Shown here: one piece after another, positions 52,346-61,997 of the stretch
How positions within the stretch are numbered: position 1 is the stretch's first letter
Layout of the letters: each line of letters starts with the position of its first letter
Assembly (NCBI GenBank): GCA_965213645.1
Contig: CBDBZX010000010.1
Span: 93,712-157,711, forward strand
Source of the DNA: Trueperaceae bacterium
GTDB lineage: Bacteria; Deinococcota; Deinococci; Deinococcales; Trueperaceae
Direction: 5' to 3'
Length of the DNA: 64,000 nucleotides
Notes under the pieces: model-generated
Database searches by the model: none
What the model saw: the letters and a program-made list of their open reading frames with translations, nothing else
Told to the model about the DNA's origin: nothing
Translations under genes and position numbers: made by a program

Positions 52346-53464
52346 ATGAACGAAACTATCAAGAAACGCCACCTCTTTCTCCTCACACTCCCGCTACTCT
52401 TACTCTCCAGTTGCCTCCCCGAAGCGGAGGAGGGGCTGAGCCTGCACGACGTGTCGCTCTACGGCGACACAGCTAGCGCCGCGACCCTCTACGGCTACTT
52501 TTACGGGGAGCCGGCGCAACTCAGCGCGGGCGGGCGCACGCTGAACTTAACCGAGGGCAACGCGGACGACCCGCTCGCCGTGCCCGAGGCGTTACTAGTC
52601 AACGGCGAGCCTACCTTAAATCAGTCGATTGCGCCACTGAACCCTCTTCCCTTCACGGTGCAGCGCACGTCCTTCTCGACCGACCTCATCCTCCAGACGG
52701 ACGAGGATTTGGGAGCCGTCGCCTACTACGACGGCGAGCTGTGGTTCACCCTCACCGAAGACGCTGGAGCGGGCGAAGAGCAGCGCGTCGTGCCGCGCGA
52801 GCGCGTGAGCGGACTCTTCGGTTTAGGCGAGTTGACCCGCGAAGAGGCGCGTGCTTTTGAAAGGCTCCTCACCGAGCGCGGTCCCGTCGTCGTAGCGGCG
52901 CTGCCCGAAACGAGAACGCAAGCGCGGCGCGTAGGCGGCTTGGACGACTACCGCCGCACCGCGCTCGTCGTGCAAGAGGGATTGGAGACCGACATGAGCG
53001 ACGCGGCAAATCAAGGTGACGCGGAAACCGCGCCTACAGAAACTAGTGACATAACCTGGGAGGAACTCGCCAGGGGCAGCCAAGCCAGCGGCGGCGAAAG
53101 CCCGCGCTTTTTCGTAGCGACGAGCCAAGCAGAGCTAGAAAACCTCTGGGGTCTCGCCTACGGCAGCCTCCTCACGCCGCCCGAGGTGCCCGACATCGAC
53201 TTCAGCCGCGAGAGCGTCGCCGGGATGTTTTTAGGGCAGCAGTCAACAGGTGGCTACGGTGTAGATGTGCAGGACGTGACCTTAGAGGACGACGAAGTCT
53301 ACCTCCAAGTCAACGTCACCGAGCCCGCACAAGGAGCCATCACCACGCAAGCGCTCACGAACCCCTGGGTGGTGGTGCGCATCAGCCGCCCCGAGCTTAG
53401 CAACGCTTGGTTTAGGGAGGTGGGCTCGGGGGAGCTATTGGGTGTGGCGAGAGCAGGAAAATAA
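52346..53464 (+). CDS. Hypothetical lipoprotein, C-terminal PrcB-like domain
   Basis: Lipobox LLLLSSC. The C-terminal pattern FVATSQAELENLW...GMFLGQQSTGGYGV...VVVRI resembles the PrcB C-terminal domain. Confidence 0.4.
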   Translation: MNETIKKRHLFLLTLPLLLLSSCLPEAEEGLSLHDVSLYGDTASAATLYGYFYGEPAQLSAGGRTLNLTEGNADDPLAVPEALLVNGEPTLNQSIAPLNPLPFTVQRTSFSTDLILQTDEDLGAVAYYDGELWFTLTEDAGAGEEQRVVPRERVSGLFGLGELTREEARAFERLLTERGPVVVAALPETRTQARRVGGLDDYRRTALVVQEGLETDMSDAANQGDAETAPTETSDITWEELARGSQASGGESPRFFVATSQAELENLWGLAYGSLLTPPEVPDIDFSRESVAGMFLGQQSTGGYGVDVQDVTLEDDEVYLQVNVTEPAQGAITTQALTNPWVVVRISRPELSNAWFREVGSGELLGVARAGK

Positions 53465-53465
53465 G

Positions 53466-53622
53466 AAGCAACGAGCAACAAGTTGAAAGTTAAAGGCATT
53501 TGGTTTTTCACTTTCAACTCACCGTTCGTCCAGCTCGACTAGATTACTCATTGCTTTCAACTGTCTCTTACTCGTTGCTCACCGTTCGTCCAGCTCGACT
53601 GGATTGCTTTTAACTCATTGCT
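53466..53622 (+). repeat. Composite dispersed repeat: two tandem cores ctcaccgttcgtccagctcgact(a/g)gatt plus flanking hairpin arms, filling the gap between convergent genes
   Basis: Cores at 53518-53545 and 53578-53605. Hairpin ttgaaagt...actttcaa at 53483-53517. Terminal blocks agcaacgagcaa / aactcattgct as in the 41800-41894 copy. Confidence 0.8.
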
Positions 53623-53623
53623 T

Positions 53624-54805
53624 CTATGTCAAAGCGTGCGGGTCAAAAAGCCTCTTGTATTCGTCGCCCGCAAAGCGGTCCGTCATCCCTGCCAAGTAAT
53701 CCGTCACCGTGCGCGCTACACCCTTCTCCTCAGCTCTGGCTTGCAAATGAAAGGGCAGCATCGTCGGCGTTTCCAAGTATGCGCAGAAGAGGCTCTCCAA
53801 AATCCTATCCGCTTTTTTGGTCATGCGAATGAGGCGGTAGTGACGGTAGAGGTTTTTGAACAGGAAGTCTTTGAGTTCGCGGAGTTGTTCGCTCATCTCA
53901 GGCGAGGTGCTGACTAAGGTCTGCGGCGCTCGGCGGACATCCTCTAAAGTCTTTATGTCAGCGTCCACTAAACGAGCGTTGGTGCAGTGGATCGTATCCT
54001 CGATGATGCGACCCAAGAGCTTGCGGATGAGCAAGTAGCGCGTCTCGTTGGTGAGCGTGTGCGGGTCAATCTCTAGCTCACGCATCAGTCCGCCCACGAG
54101 CGGCACCTCTTGAATTTGCGCCCCCGTGAGATGACCTGAGCGCAACCCGTCATCTAAATCGTGCGCGTTGTAGGCGAGTTCGTCCGCGACGTTGACGACT
54201 TGCGCCTCTAAGGTCGGCTGCTTGTCGGGTTCCCAGTCGTCTCGAGGCAACGTTGCAGCTAGCGTGTCGGGCAGCATTCCGGCCAAAGGCATCTTTTCGT
54301 GCTTCATGATGCCCTCTAAGGTCTCCCAGGTGAGGTTGAGCCCCGGAAAATCCGTGTAGCGCGTCTCCAACTCGGTGACGACGCGCAAGGACTGTTTGTT
54401 GTGGTCAAAGCCACCTTCATCTTTAGCCAGTCGGTCGAGGGTGCGCTCGCCCGCGTGACCGAAGGGGGGATGACCCAAGTCGTGGGCGAGCGCTACCGTC
54501 TCGGTGAGGTCATCGTTGAGTCCGAGTGCCCGAGAGATACTCTTCGCCACCTGCGCCACCTCTAAGGTGTGCGTGAGCCGCGTGCGGTAGTAGTCGCCCT
54601 GATAGTTGACAAAGACTTGGGTTTTGTATTCAAGCCGCCGAAATGCGCTCGTGTGAATCACCCTGTCGCGGTCTTTCTGATACGCCGTGCGGTACGCCGC
54701 TTCGTTTTCGGAATAGAGGCGGCCTTTTGAAAGGCTCGAGAGCGCCGCGTAAGGCGCGAGCGTGGCGGCTTCGTCCTTCTCGAGCCGCTCCCTTGTGAAA
54801 AGCAT
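53624..54805 (-). CDS. dgt: dGTP triphosphohydrolase-like HD-domain protein
   Basis: RTRLTHTLEVAQV, AHDLGHPPFGH, NVADELAYNAHDLDDG. Confidence 0.85.
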   Translation of the reverse strand: MLFTRERLEKDEAATLAPYAALSSLSKGRLYSENEAAYRTAYQKDRDRVIHTSAFRRLEYKTQVFVNYQGDYYRTRLTHTLEVAQVAKSISRALGLNDDLTETVALAHDLGHPPFGHAGERTLDRLAKDEGGFDHNKQSLRVVTELETRYTDFPGLNLTWETLEGIMKHEKMPLAGMLPDTLAATLPRDDWEPDKQPTLEAQVVNVADELAYNAHDLDDGLRSGHLTGAQIQEVPLVGGLMRELEIDPHTLTNETRYLLIRKLLGRIIEDTIHCTNARLVDADIKTLEDVRRAPQTLVSTSPEMSEQLRELKDFLFKNLYRHYRLIRMTKKADRILESLFCAYLETPTMLPFHLQARAEEKGVARTVTDYLAGMTDRFAGDEYKRLFDPHALT

Positions 54806-54955
54806 GAGGTGAGATTAGCATTTGGAAGAGAAAGAGAATGTTTCGAAGTGCAAGGTAGCTTAATGAGAAGCCGAGAAGGTGAGGAGATGAGGAGAAAAAC
54901 TCTAAGTTTACCCCTCCCCCTCATCTCCCTACCTCTAGTTGACCTCTTGACAAAC

Positions 54956-54969
54956 TTAACACTGTTAAG
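54956..54969. promoter_or_regulatory. Operator palindrome TTAACAcTGTTAAg overlapping the tetR promoter (ttgaca at 54947-54952)
   Basis: Identical 14-mer at 55665-55678. Confidence 0.6.
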
Positions 54970-54984
54970 TAAAGTATAAGTGTA

Positions 54985-55647
54985 ATGACGAAGGCTCGAG
55001 ACCCAAAGACCCGCGATGAGCGCATCCAGTCGCGTAGCGCCAAACGCCGCGCTAAGCAGAAGGAGGAACTGCGCTCAGCTATCTTGACGGCAGCGAAAGA
55101 CCTCTTCTTAGCGCACGGCTACGAGGGCTTCTCTTTGCGCGGAGTCGCCGAAGCGGTCGGTTATTCGCCCACCACGATTTACCTCTACTTCGCCGACAAA
55201 GACGAACTCCTTTTACACGTCTGTTTAGAGGGCTTTCAAACCTTTGGCGCGATGCTCCGCGCTGGCTACAAGAGCAGCGACGACCCGCGCGAAAAGCTCG
55301 CCGCGCTCGGTGAGCAGTATTTTAAGTTCGGCTTGGAAAACCCCGCCAACTACCGTTTGATGTTTATGCAGCGCACGGATATGAGGCTCGAGGAACTCCC
55401 CGAAGGCTACGAGCAGCCTGGCGACAGCTTCGGCTATTTAGCCACAACCGTCCAGGAATGTATCAGCGCGGGCTACCTTCACGGCGATCCTCAGACGCTC
55501 GCCAACTTCATCTGGAGCGGGATTCACGGCATCGTCTCGCTCGCGTTAGTGGACGACCCGCACTACACCCGCAAGGACGCAGAGGCGTCTTTCGCACTCT
55601 ACAAAGCGCAGATGCACCGCGCTTTGAACGAGGGAGGTGAACACTAA
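54985..55647 (+). CDS. TetR/AcrR-family transcriptional regulator
   Basis: HTH FLAHGYEGFSLRGVAEAVGYSPTTIYLYF. Confidence 0.9.
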   Translation: MTKARDPKTRDERIQSRSAKRRAKQKEELRSAILTAAKDLFLAHGYEGFSLRGVAEAVGYSPTTIYLYFADKDELLLHVCLEGFQTFGAMLRAGYKSSDDPREKLAALGEQYFKFGLENPANYRLMFMQRTDMRLEELPEGYEQPGDSFGYLATTVQECISAGYLHGDPQTLANFIWSGIHGIVSLALVDDPHYTRKDAEASFALYKAQMHRALNEGGEH

Positions 55648-55664
55648 AATTTTTTAACTACAAA

Positions 55665-55678
55665 TTAACACTGTTAAG
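55665..55678. promoter_or_regulatory. Second copy of the TTAACAcTGTTAAg operator, upstream of the membrane-protein gene
   Basis: Identical to 54956-54969. Lies 45 nt upstream of the ATG at 55723. Confidence 0.6.
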
Positions 55679-55722
55679 CAACTTTAAGCCGTTCCTTTTT
55701 GATTGAGCAAAGGAGTGTAACA

Positions 55723-56712
55723 ATGACCTTAGAAACGCCTAACCCCACCACCTTCGTCCGCCGCCTCTGGCACACCCACGCCCCGCTGAGCGTCTCCGCC
55801 TTTCTCACCCTCGGGCTCCTCGCCTTTTTCACTGCGGGTCTCTTCCTAGACGAGCGCATCATCACGGGCGTTCCCGCCTGGCTCAAGCCGACGAAGTTCG
55901 CGATTTCGATCAGCATCTACACCTTTACGCTGCTCTGGTTTTTGGGCTTTATCAGCACGGACAAGCCCTGGCGTAAGCGGCTCGTGAGCGTCCTCGGCTG
56001 GGTTGTCGTGCTGACTTTTACCGCCGAGTGGGTAGCGATCACCACGCAAGCAGCGCGGGGTCAAGCGAGCCACTTCAACGTTTCCGACCCTCTCGCGACC
56101 TCTTTGTGGGCGCTGATGGCGGGCGCGATTATGATGCTTTGGATAGCGAACTTTATCATCGCAGGCTTGCTCCTCTTTCAACGTTTTGAAAATCCCGCCT
56201 TTGCTTGGTCGCTCCGCTTAGGGCTTATGATCACAATTATCGGGATGGGTCTAGGCTATCTGATGACGAGCCCGACTGCGTTGCAGATGGCGCAGTGGGA
56301 GACGGGCGAGAATGTGACGGTTGTCGGGGCGCACAGCGTTGGCGTGCCGGACGGAGGCGAGGGTCTACCCTTCGTCAATTGGAGCACGCAAGGGGGCGAC
56401 CTCCGCATCGGTCACTTCGTCGGGATGCACGCGCTCCAGGTCATTCCCTTCTTAGGCTGGCTGGTGACGCGCCGCCGCAGGTTAAATAGAGGTCAGTTGA
56501 ATAGAGGTCAACAAACGGCGCTGGTGTGGACTGGAGCGGCGGGCTATTTGAGCATCACCTTACTTCTGACCTGGCAGGCGCTGAGGGCGCAGTCCATTAT
56601 CCAGCCGGACGCCTTGACGCTTCTAGTGTTTGGGTCTATCGTCGCTGTAGTCGTTCTGTCAACCGTCGCTATTATTTTTAGAAGTTCGGCTCGAGCCTTT
56701 CAGGAGGTCTAA
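55723..56712 (+). CDS. Integral membrane protein (about 8 TM helices), unknown function
   Basis: aggag RBS ahead of the ATG at 55723. Contains a 15-nt x2 tandem duplication (LNRGQLNRGQ) at 56482-56511. Confidence 0.55.
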   Translation: MTLETPNPTTFVRRLWHTHAPLSVSAFLTLGLLAFFTAGLFLDERIITGVPAWLKPTKFAISISIYTFTLLWFLGFISTDKPWRKRLVSVLGWVVVLTFTAEWVAITTQAARGQASHFNVSDPLATSLWALMAGAIMMLWIANFIIAGLLLFQRFENPAFAWSLRLGLMITIIGMGLGYLMTSPTALQMAQWETGENVTVVGAHSVGVPDGGEGLPFVNWSTQGGDLRIGHFVGMHALQVIPFLGWLVTRRRRLNRGQLNRGQQTALVWTGAAGYLSITLLLTWQALRAQSIIQPDALTLLVFGSIVAVVVLSTVAIIFRSSARAFQEV

Positions 56713-56714
56713 CC

Positions 56715-57632
56715 ATGCGCTTAGGACGTGTTTTCACCCTTTTAGGATTCGCGCTAGCTTCGGTTGCTGTGGCGCTCGGCGCAGTCCGTATGCTAGGCGG
56801 TATAGCAAGCCGTGTCGAACACAACTTCGCTGAGCATGACGGCGTGAAAACGCACTACGTCAGCTCGGGAAGCGGTCCACTCATCGTGCTTGTCCACGGT
56901 ATTCCCGAGTTCTGGTACTCGTGGCGGGAGCAGATAGAGCCACTCGCCGCCGCTGGTTTCCGAGTTGTGGCGATTGACCAGCGCGGCTTTAACCGTTCGG
57001 ACAAGCCTGCAAATAGGGAAGACTACGCAACCCAGCACGTCGTGGAGGATGTCGCCGCCGTCATCCGTCAAGAGGGGTACGAGCGAGCCCACGTCGTTGG
57101 ACACGACTCCGGCGCGTTGGTCGCATGGCTCTTCGCCACCTTTCACCCCGAGATGACGGATAAACTCACCATTTTGAGCGTGCCGCACCCGAATGCGTTT
57201 GCCGAAGAACTCGCCTTAAACCCCGCCCAGCACGAGGCGAGCGAATATGCGAGAGGGATGCAACAACCTGACGCCCGCGCCGCCTTCCGCGTCGGACCTA
57301 TCGGCGTGTTGCGCGACCCGCTCGGTTTTCCGCTCTACGTTGCCGCCGACGTCCGCACCGATCACCGCGCCGTGACCTCGTTTTATCAGGTGAATTATCC
57401 GCGAGAACCTTATGAGATCAACCACACGTTACCCAAAGTGCAAGCGCCGACGCTCGTAATTCACGGCGCACAAGATCAGTTTTTGCTCGCCTCGGGACAC
57501 GCCCGCAACGCTCAGTGGATAGAGTCGGAGCCCGAAACGGTGATGTTGGATGCGGGGCATTTTGTTCATCAAGAAAAGCCGGAAGAGGTCAACACGGTGA
57601 TGCTCGAGTTCCTAACAGACGGTTCAAGGTGA
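56715..57632 (+). CDS. Alpha/beta hydrolase (epoxide-hydrolase/haloalkane-dehalogenase-like)
   Basis: VHGIPEFWYSWREQI, DQRGFNRSD, VVGHDSGALVAW. Confidence 0.8.
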   Translation: MRLGRVFTLLGFALASVAVALGAVRMLGGIASRVEHNFAEHDGVKTHYVSSGSGPLIVLVHGIPEFWYSWREQIEPLAAAGFRVVAIDQRGFNRSDKPANREDYATQHVVEDVAAVIRQEGYERAHVVGHDSGALVAWLFATFHPEMTDKLTILSVPHPNAFAEELALNPAQHEASEYARGMQQPDARAAFRVGPIGVLRDPLGFPLYVAADVRTDHRAVTSFYQVNYPREPYEINHTLPKVQAPTLVIHGAQDQFLLASGHARNAQWIESEPETVMLDAGHFVHQEKPEEVNTVMLEFLTDGSR

Positions 57633-57712
57633 CGCTCCCTCAAACCAATCTCTGAGAAGCTACCCAATTCACAAGAGTCAAAATCCACAAAGGTCAAATG
57701 AAAGGATAAGTT

Positions 57713-58132
57713 ATGTTAGACGCCGCTGACATCAGTATTTCTACTTCTCTCACTTGGATGCGCGTCATGTACGCCGTCGCCATCGTCGGTGCTGGCGCGG
57801 TGGGTTTAACCACGCTGTTCGCCCCCCGTCTAGCGTCGCAGTATATCTTCGCAGGCGGAACCGAGGTCGATGTTTACCTCCGCATCCTCGGCGCTCTGTG
57901 GCTGGCGCTCGGCGTCGCTTCGGTGTTCGGGCTCGCTCAACCTCTAAAATTCAGCGTCGTCTTTCTGATTCAACTAACCTACAAAACAGCGTGGTTGGTC
58001 GTGGCGGCGCTGCCTGCTTTGGCGAGTGGCAATAGAGAGGTGGGGCTTATTTTCCTCACCGCTTTATTTGCAGCGTGGGTTGTTGCCTTGCTCTTCGTCG
58101 CGCCTTTCCGCTATCTATTTGGAGCACCGTGA
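57713..58132 (+). CDS. Small integral membrane protein (4 TM helices)
   Basis: 139 aa, hydrophobic. GTGA overlap with the next gene. Confidence 0.5.
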   Translation: MLDAADISISTSLTWMRVMYAVAIVGAGAVGLTTLFAPRLASQYIFAGGTEVDVYLRILGALWLALGVASVFGLAQPLKFSVVFLIQLTYKTAWLVVAALPALASGNREVGLIFLTALFAAWVVALLFVAPFRYLFGAP

Positions 58133-58863
58133 AGGCGCTGGCAAAGGGTATCTATCAGCTTAACTTGGGTAAGGCGAACGTTTTTGTACTTGAGGGCAAA
58201 GACGGCCTCGCGCTGGTGGATACGGCTGTTGTAGGCGTGAAGGAAAAGTTAGAAAAAGCCCTCCATCAAAACGGTTTCGCTCTTAAAGACATCAAACACA
58301 TCCTCGTAACGCACGCGCATGTGGACCACGTTGGGGGGCTTAAAGAGATTCAAACGGCAACGAGCGCGTCAGTGTGGGTGCACCGCTTGGACGCGCCGTT
58401 CGTGCGTCGAGGCGAGCCTACGCCCTACCCAGACACGTCGGAACTCGAGCTGTTCGACAGGGGTATGGGCCGGCTTATCGCGTCCTTTGTCGGCGACGAA
58501 CAACCCGCTGCGCCGGTTCATCATGAGGTCGAAGAGGGCGACGTGCTCAATGAAATTCGTGAGGGCCTTCGTGTGGTTCACCTGCCCGGTCACAGCCCCG
58601 GACAGGTCGGCTTCTGGCTCCCCGAGGAGCGAATCTTGCTCGGCGGCGACGTGATGATGCACCTCTTGCCCTGGTTGCATCTGCCCCTGGGTGCGTACAC
58701 ACCTGACATGGCAGAGGCAAAACGCTCAATCGTCAAAGCTGCTGCGCTGAAACCGCGCTCGGTAGGCGTAGGACACGGTGCGCCGCTCATTGGAAACGCC
58801 GAGGCGAAGCTGGCGCAGTTCGCTGCGAAACTTCAGAAAACTTTGGTGCCCGCAAGAGGTTAG
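58129..58863 (+). CDS. MBL-fold metallo-hydrolase
   Basis: THAHVDHVGG, HLPGHSPG. GTG start overlapping the upstream stop. Confidence 0.8.
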   Translation: MKALAKGIYQLNLGKANVFVLEGKDGLALVDTAVVGVKEKLEKALHQNGFALKDIKHILVTHAHVDHVGGLKEIQTATSASVWVHRLDAPFVRRGEPTPYPDTSELELFDRGMGRLIASFVGDEQPAAPVHHEVEEGDVLNEIREGLRVVHLPGHSPGQVGFWLPEERILLGGDVMMHLLPWLHLPLGAYTPDMAEAKRSIVKAAALKPRSVGVGHGAPLIGNAEAKLAQFAAKLQKTLVPARG

Positions 58864-58955
58864 GCTTAGGTGAAAGGGCGCAGCTATTATTTTCGCGACA
58901 TATGTACCTAGAAACGCCGCATTCACTAAGCGTTTTGGTGACCAGATGCAGCCCG

Positions 58956-59399
58956 CTAACCTGACGGTTGAGACCTGCTGTGCTCACTTACTTGCCGTTT
59001 GAGCCGCCCCATAATCGCGCTCATCCCGCGCAGCCTCAAAGGTGAAATGACCTCGCCGAGCTTCATCTGCATATAGAAGTCGTCGGGCGTCTCTAAAATC
59101 TGCTGGGGCGCTAAACCGCTCAAGCCTTCGGATAAGATGCCTGCGAACCCCCTCGTCGTAGGCGCTTCGGGGGGCGCGTCGAAGTGGAAGACGACGTGCT
59201 CACTGTCAGGGAACTCCGTAGCGATGAAAAAGGGGGTTTGACACTCGTGGACCTTTTCCATCTGGTCGCGGCTGTCTTCTAGCTCAGCGGGAAGGGGCGG
59301 AACTTTCTTGGAATACTCCAAAAGCAGTTGAAGCCTCAGTTGTTTAGGGGCACTGCTAAAGGTGCTCACGATGGTCTGAAGTTGGTCGGGTACGCTCAT
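58956..59399 (-). CDS. sufE: SufE-family sulfur acceptor protein
   Basis: KVHECQTPFFI... and ISPLRLRGMSAI patterns typical of SufE. Confidence 0.7.
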   Translation of the reverse strand: MSVPDQLQTIVSTFSSAPKQLRLQLLLEYSKKVPPLPAELEDSRDQMEKVHECQTPFFIATEFPDSEHVVFHFDAPPEAPTTRGFAGILSEGLSGLAPQQILETPDDFYMQMKLGEVISPLRLRGMSAIMGRLKRQVSEHSRSQPSG

Positions 59400-59434
59400 A
59401 GCTTTACTATAAGACGGTAGCGTGAAGAGGTAAG

Positions 59435-60898
59435 TTAAGGGGAAAACGGAAGGAGCGCTCTATCGAGTGCTTCGTCAATTCTCCTCATGTCCAGTGACCT
59501 CTCCAGGTGGGCGGCGAGGGTGTCGAGGGCGGTGTCCACGTGCGTGAGCCAGTCTTGTGAAGAGGTCTCTGCGCCGAGCTTACCTAAGAACCACCTTCTA
59601 AACGCGGTGTTGTCGAAGAGCCCATGCGCGTAGACGCCCATCACATTGCCCTGGCTAAAGCCTAACTTCTCGCTGAGAAGAGGTTGGACGTGAGCCCCGG
59701 CCTGAGTTCGTCCGTGATGGATTTCGTAGCCTTGTAAGGTGTCGCCAGTGGGGAGGAGCGTCGTGGCTATTTGCCGCGTCACTTTATCTGCGGCCATGAC
59801 CGTCTCAATATCTAGTAGACCTAGACCCGCTACGCTTTCGCTCGAGGTTTCAACGTCCTGCGGGTCGTGCACAGCGTGTCCGAGCATCTGAAAGCCGCCG
59901 CAGATGCCGAGCACCGGGACGCCTAACTTGGCGAGATGCGCAACCTCTTCGGCTAGGCCGCTGCGCTGCAAGAACCCTAAGTCGGCGGCGACGTGTTTCG
60001 AGCCCGCCAGGATGACGGCGTCCGCCTTGCGCAAGCGGTGAACCTCATGAACGAAGGTCGCGTGGACGCTCTTCTCGTGCACAAGGGCGTCGAACTCGTC
60101 GAAGTTGGACAAGTAAGGTGTTTTGAGAATGGCGAGGTGCGGTTTGTCGTCCGCACCTCTTGCAAGCTGCGCAGGCTTGGTAGCGAGAAGGCGTCCTCTT
60201 CGGGAAGAGGGAGCGGGAGCATCGGCACGACGCCGAGCGTAGGGACGCGGGTGCGCGTTTCTAACCAGTCCATAGCGTTCCCCAAAAGCGCCTCCTCGCC
60301 GCGAAACTTGTTCAGAATAAAACCTGTGAGCAGCCCCCTCTCCTCGTCGTCCAAGCAGTGCCACGTCCCCAAGAGGTGCGCGAACGCGCCGCCCCGGTCA
60401 ATATCAGCCGCGAGCAGCACGCGAGCGTTGACCTCTTTCGCGACGCGCATATTGACGATGTCGCTCGCCTTGAGGTTGACCTCAGCCGGGCTGCCTGCGC
60501 CCTCAATGACGACCAAGTCAACCTCTTCCATCAAGCTGTCAAGGCTGTCCCGGACGCTCCCCCAGAGATAAGGTTTGCGCTCCGTCCAGGGAACGTCGCG
60601 CAGGTCGCGCCGCGCCTTGCCCAACACCACGACCTGTGAGCGCGTGTCCGCTTCGGGCTTGAGGAGCACGGGGTTCATGCGCACGTCGGGGCGGATGCGG
60701 GCGGCTTGGGCTTGGAGGAGCTGCGCCCGGCCCATCTCTAAGCCCTCAGTGCGTGACGCCCGCGTTGTTGCTCATGTTCTGCGCTTTGAAAGGGGCGACC
60801 TTGACGCCGCGATTAGCGTAGAGGCGGCACAGGCCAGCGACGAGGTACGATTTGCCCGCGTCCGAGGTGCAGCCTTGGACCATCAGGGCTTTAGCCAC
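59435..60898 (-). pseudogene. cobQ: Cobyric acid synthase CobQ, split over three ORF pieces by two opposite frame changes
   Basis: N-terminus [17 protein letters not shown]...NMSNNAGVT stops at 60746-60748. The middle part (EGLEMGRAQ...VIEGAGSPAE...LPEEDA) is in another frame. The GATase part (LAILKTPYLSNFDEF...ICGGFQMLG) returns to the first frame near 60150-60185. Span is 1464 nt = 488 codons. Confidence 0.75.
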
Positions 60899-61988
60899 GC
60901 TCGGACCTCTTCTCAGTATGTGGATAGTCCGTCCGCAACCAGTCTATGAACCTCTCGTTTTCGTGCGGCTGCTGCGCGGCGAGGCGTACCTTGGTGGGCA
61001 GGCCGAAGCTGGTGCAGTCGCGCACGCGCACGCCTGCTGCCAGTGCCCGCTGCTTAAAGGACGGGGCGTGACCAACTTCGGTGAGGAAGTAGTTGGTGTG
61101 CGTATCGTTTACCCGTAATCCTAACCCCCGAAGCTCGGCTTGAAATTCTAAACGGACGGTGTGAAGCTTAGGCAAGCGTCGCCCGCAAGAACGCTTGGCC
61201 CTCTCTCAGAAAGCGCCCATTTCAAGGCGCATATTGGGCGTGGCTGCCGAGGTGCCACGGCGGGGCGCTACGCTCTAAAACGCGCCCTATCTCAGCGGGT
61301 CCAAGGGCGTAGCCTAAGCGAATTCCCGGTATCCGAAAGCTCTTGGTCAGAGAGTGGAGTTGCAAGATGTTGGCGGGGAAAGTTCTAGTGACCTCTCGAG
61401 TACCTTGTGATGGGATGTCCAAGAACTCGAGATACGCCGCGTCCAAAACGAGCAGCGCATCCTCCTCTGCGCAGGCGTGTGCGATGCTCGCTAAGTCGTC
61501 CGCTGACCAGGCGTGCCCGGTGGGGTTGTTCGGCTGACAGAGCCAGACGAGCGTCGGATGGAGGGTATGAATGTCTCTTAGCACAGCGGTTGCATCGGGG
61601 CTGTTTTCCTCATAAGGGGAACAGGTATGGACCTGAGCGCCACATAAACGAGCGGCGCGGGCGTACTCGCCGAAGGTCGGCGCGGCGACTAAGACGCGCT
61701 TAGAGGCGTCTAAATAGCAGCGGCTCAGGCGGTGAATCAGCTCTGCCGTCCCATGTCCTAAGCTGACCTGAGATGCCTCCACTTGATGATGTTGGGCGAT
61801 GAGGTGCTTCTCTTGAGCGTAGCTCGGGTCGGGGTAGGTCTGAACGGGGGTGTGTTTGAGGTGCTCCAGCAACCCCTCACTCGGCCCGAACGGGTTGCTG
61901 TTCACGCTGAAGTCGAGCGACGCGTCGAGCGTCCATCGGGGCCGCCGTGCGTATCAAAGTCGGTGTCGGGGAGGACAGATTTGGGCAT
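60891..61988 (-). pseudogene. Threonine-phosphate decarboxylase / class-II aminotransferase (CobC/CobD-like), frame-disrupted
   Basis: MPKSVLPDTDFDTHGG (ATG at 61988) is in one frame. WTLDASLDFSVNSNPFGP...NNPTG...SLTKSFRIPGIRLGY is in a second. The C-terminus PKLHTVRLEF...NYFLTEV...VRDCTSFGLP is back in the first. The junction at 61175-61230 needs at least one shift, and probably more. Confidence 0.65.
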
Positions 61989-61997
61989 AGTTACACG

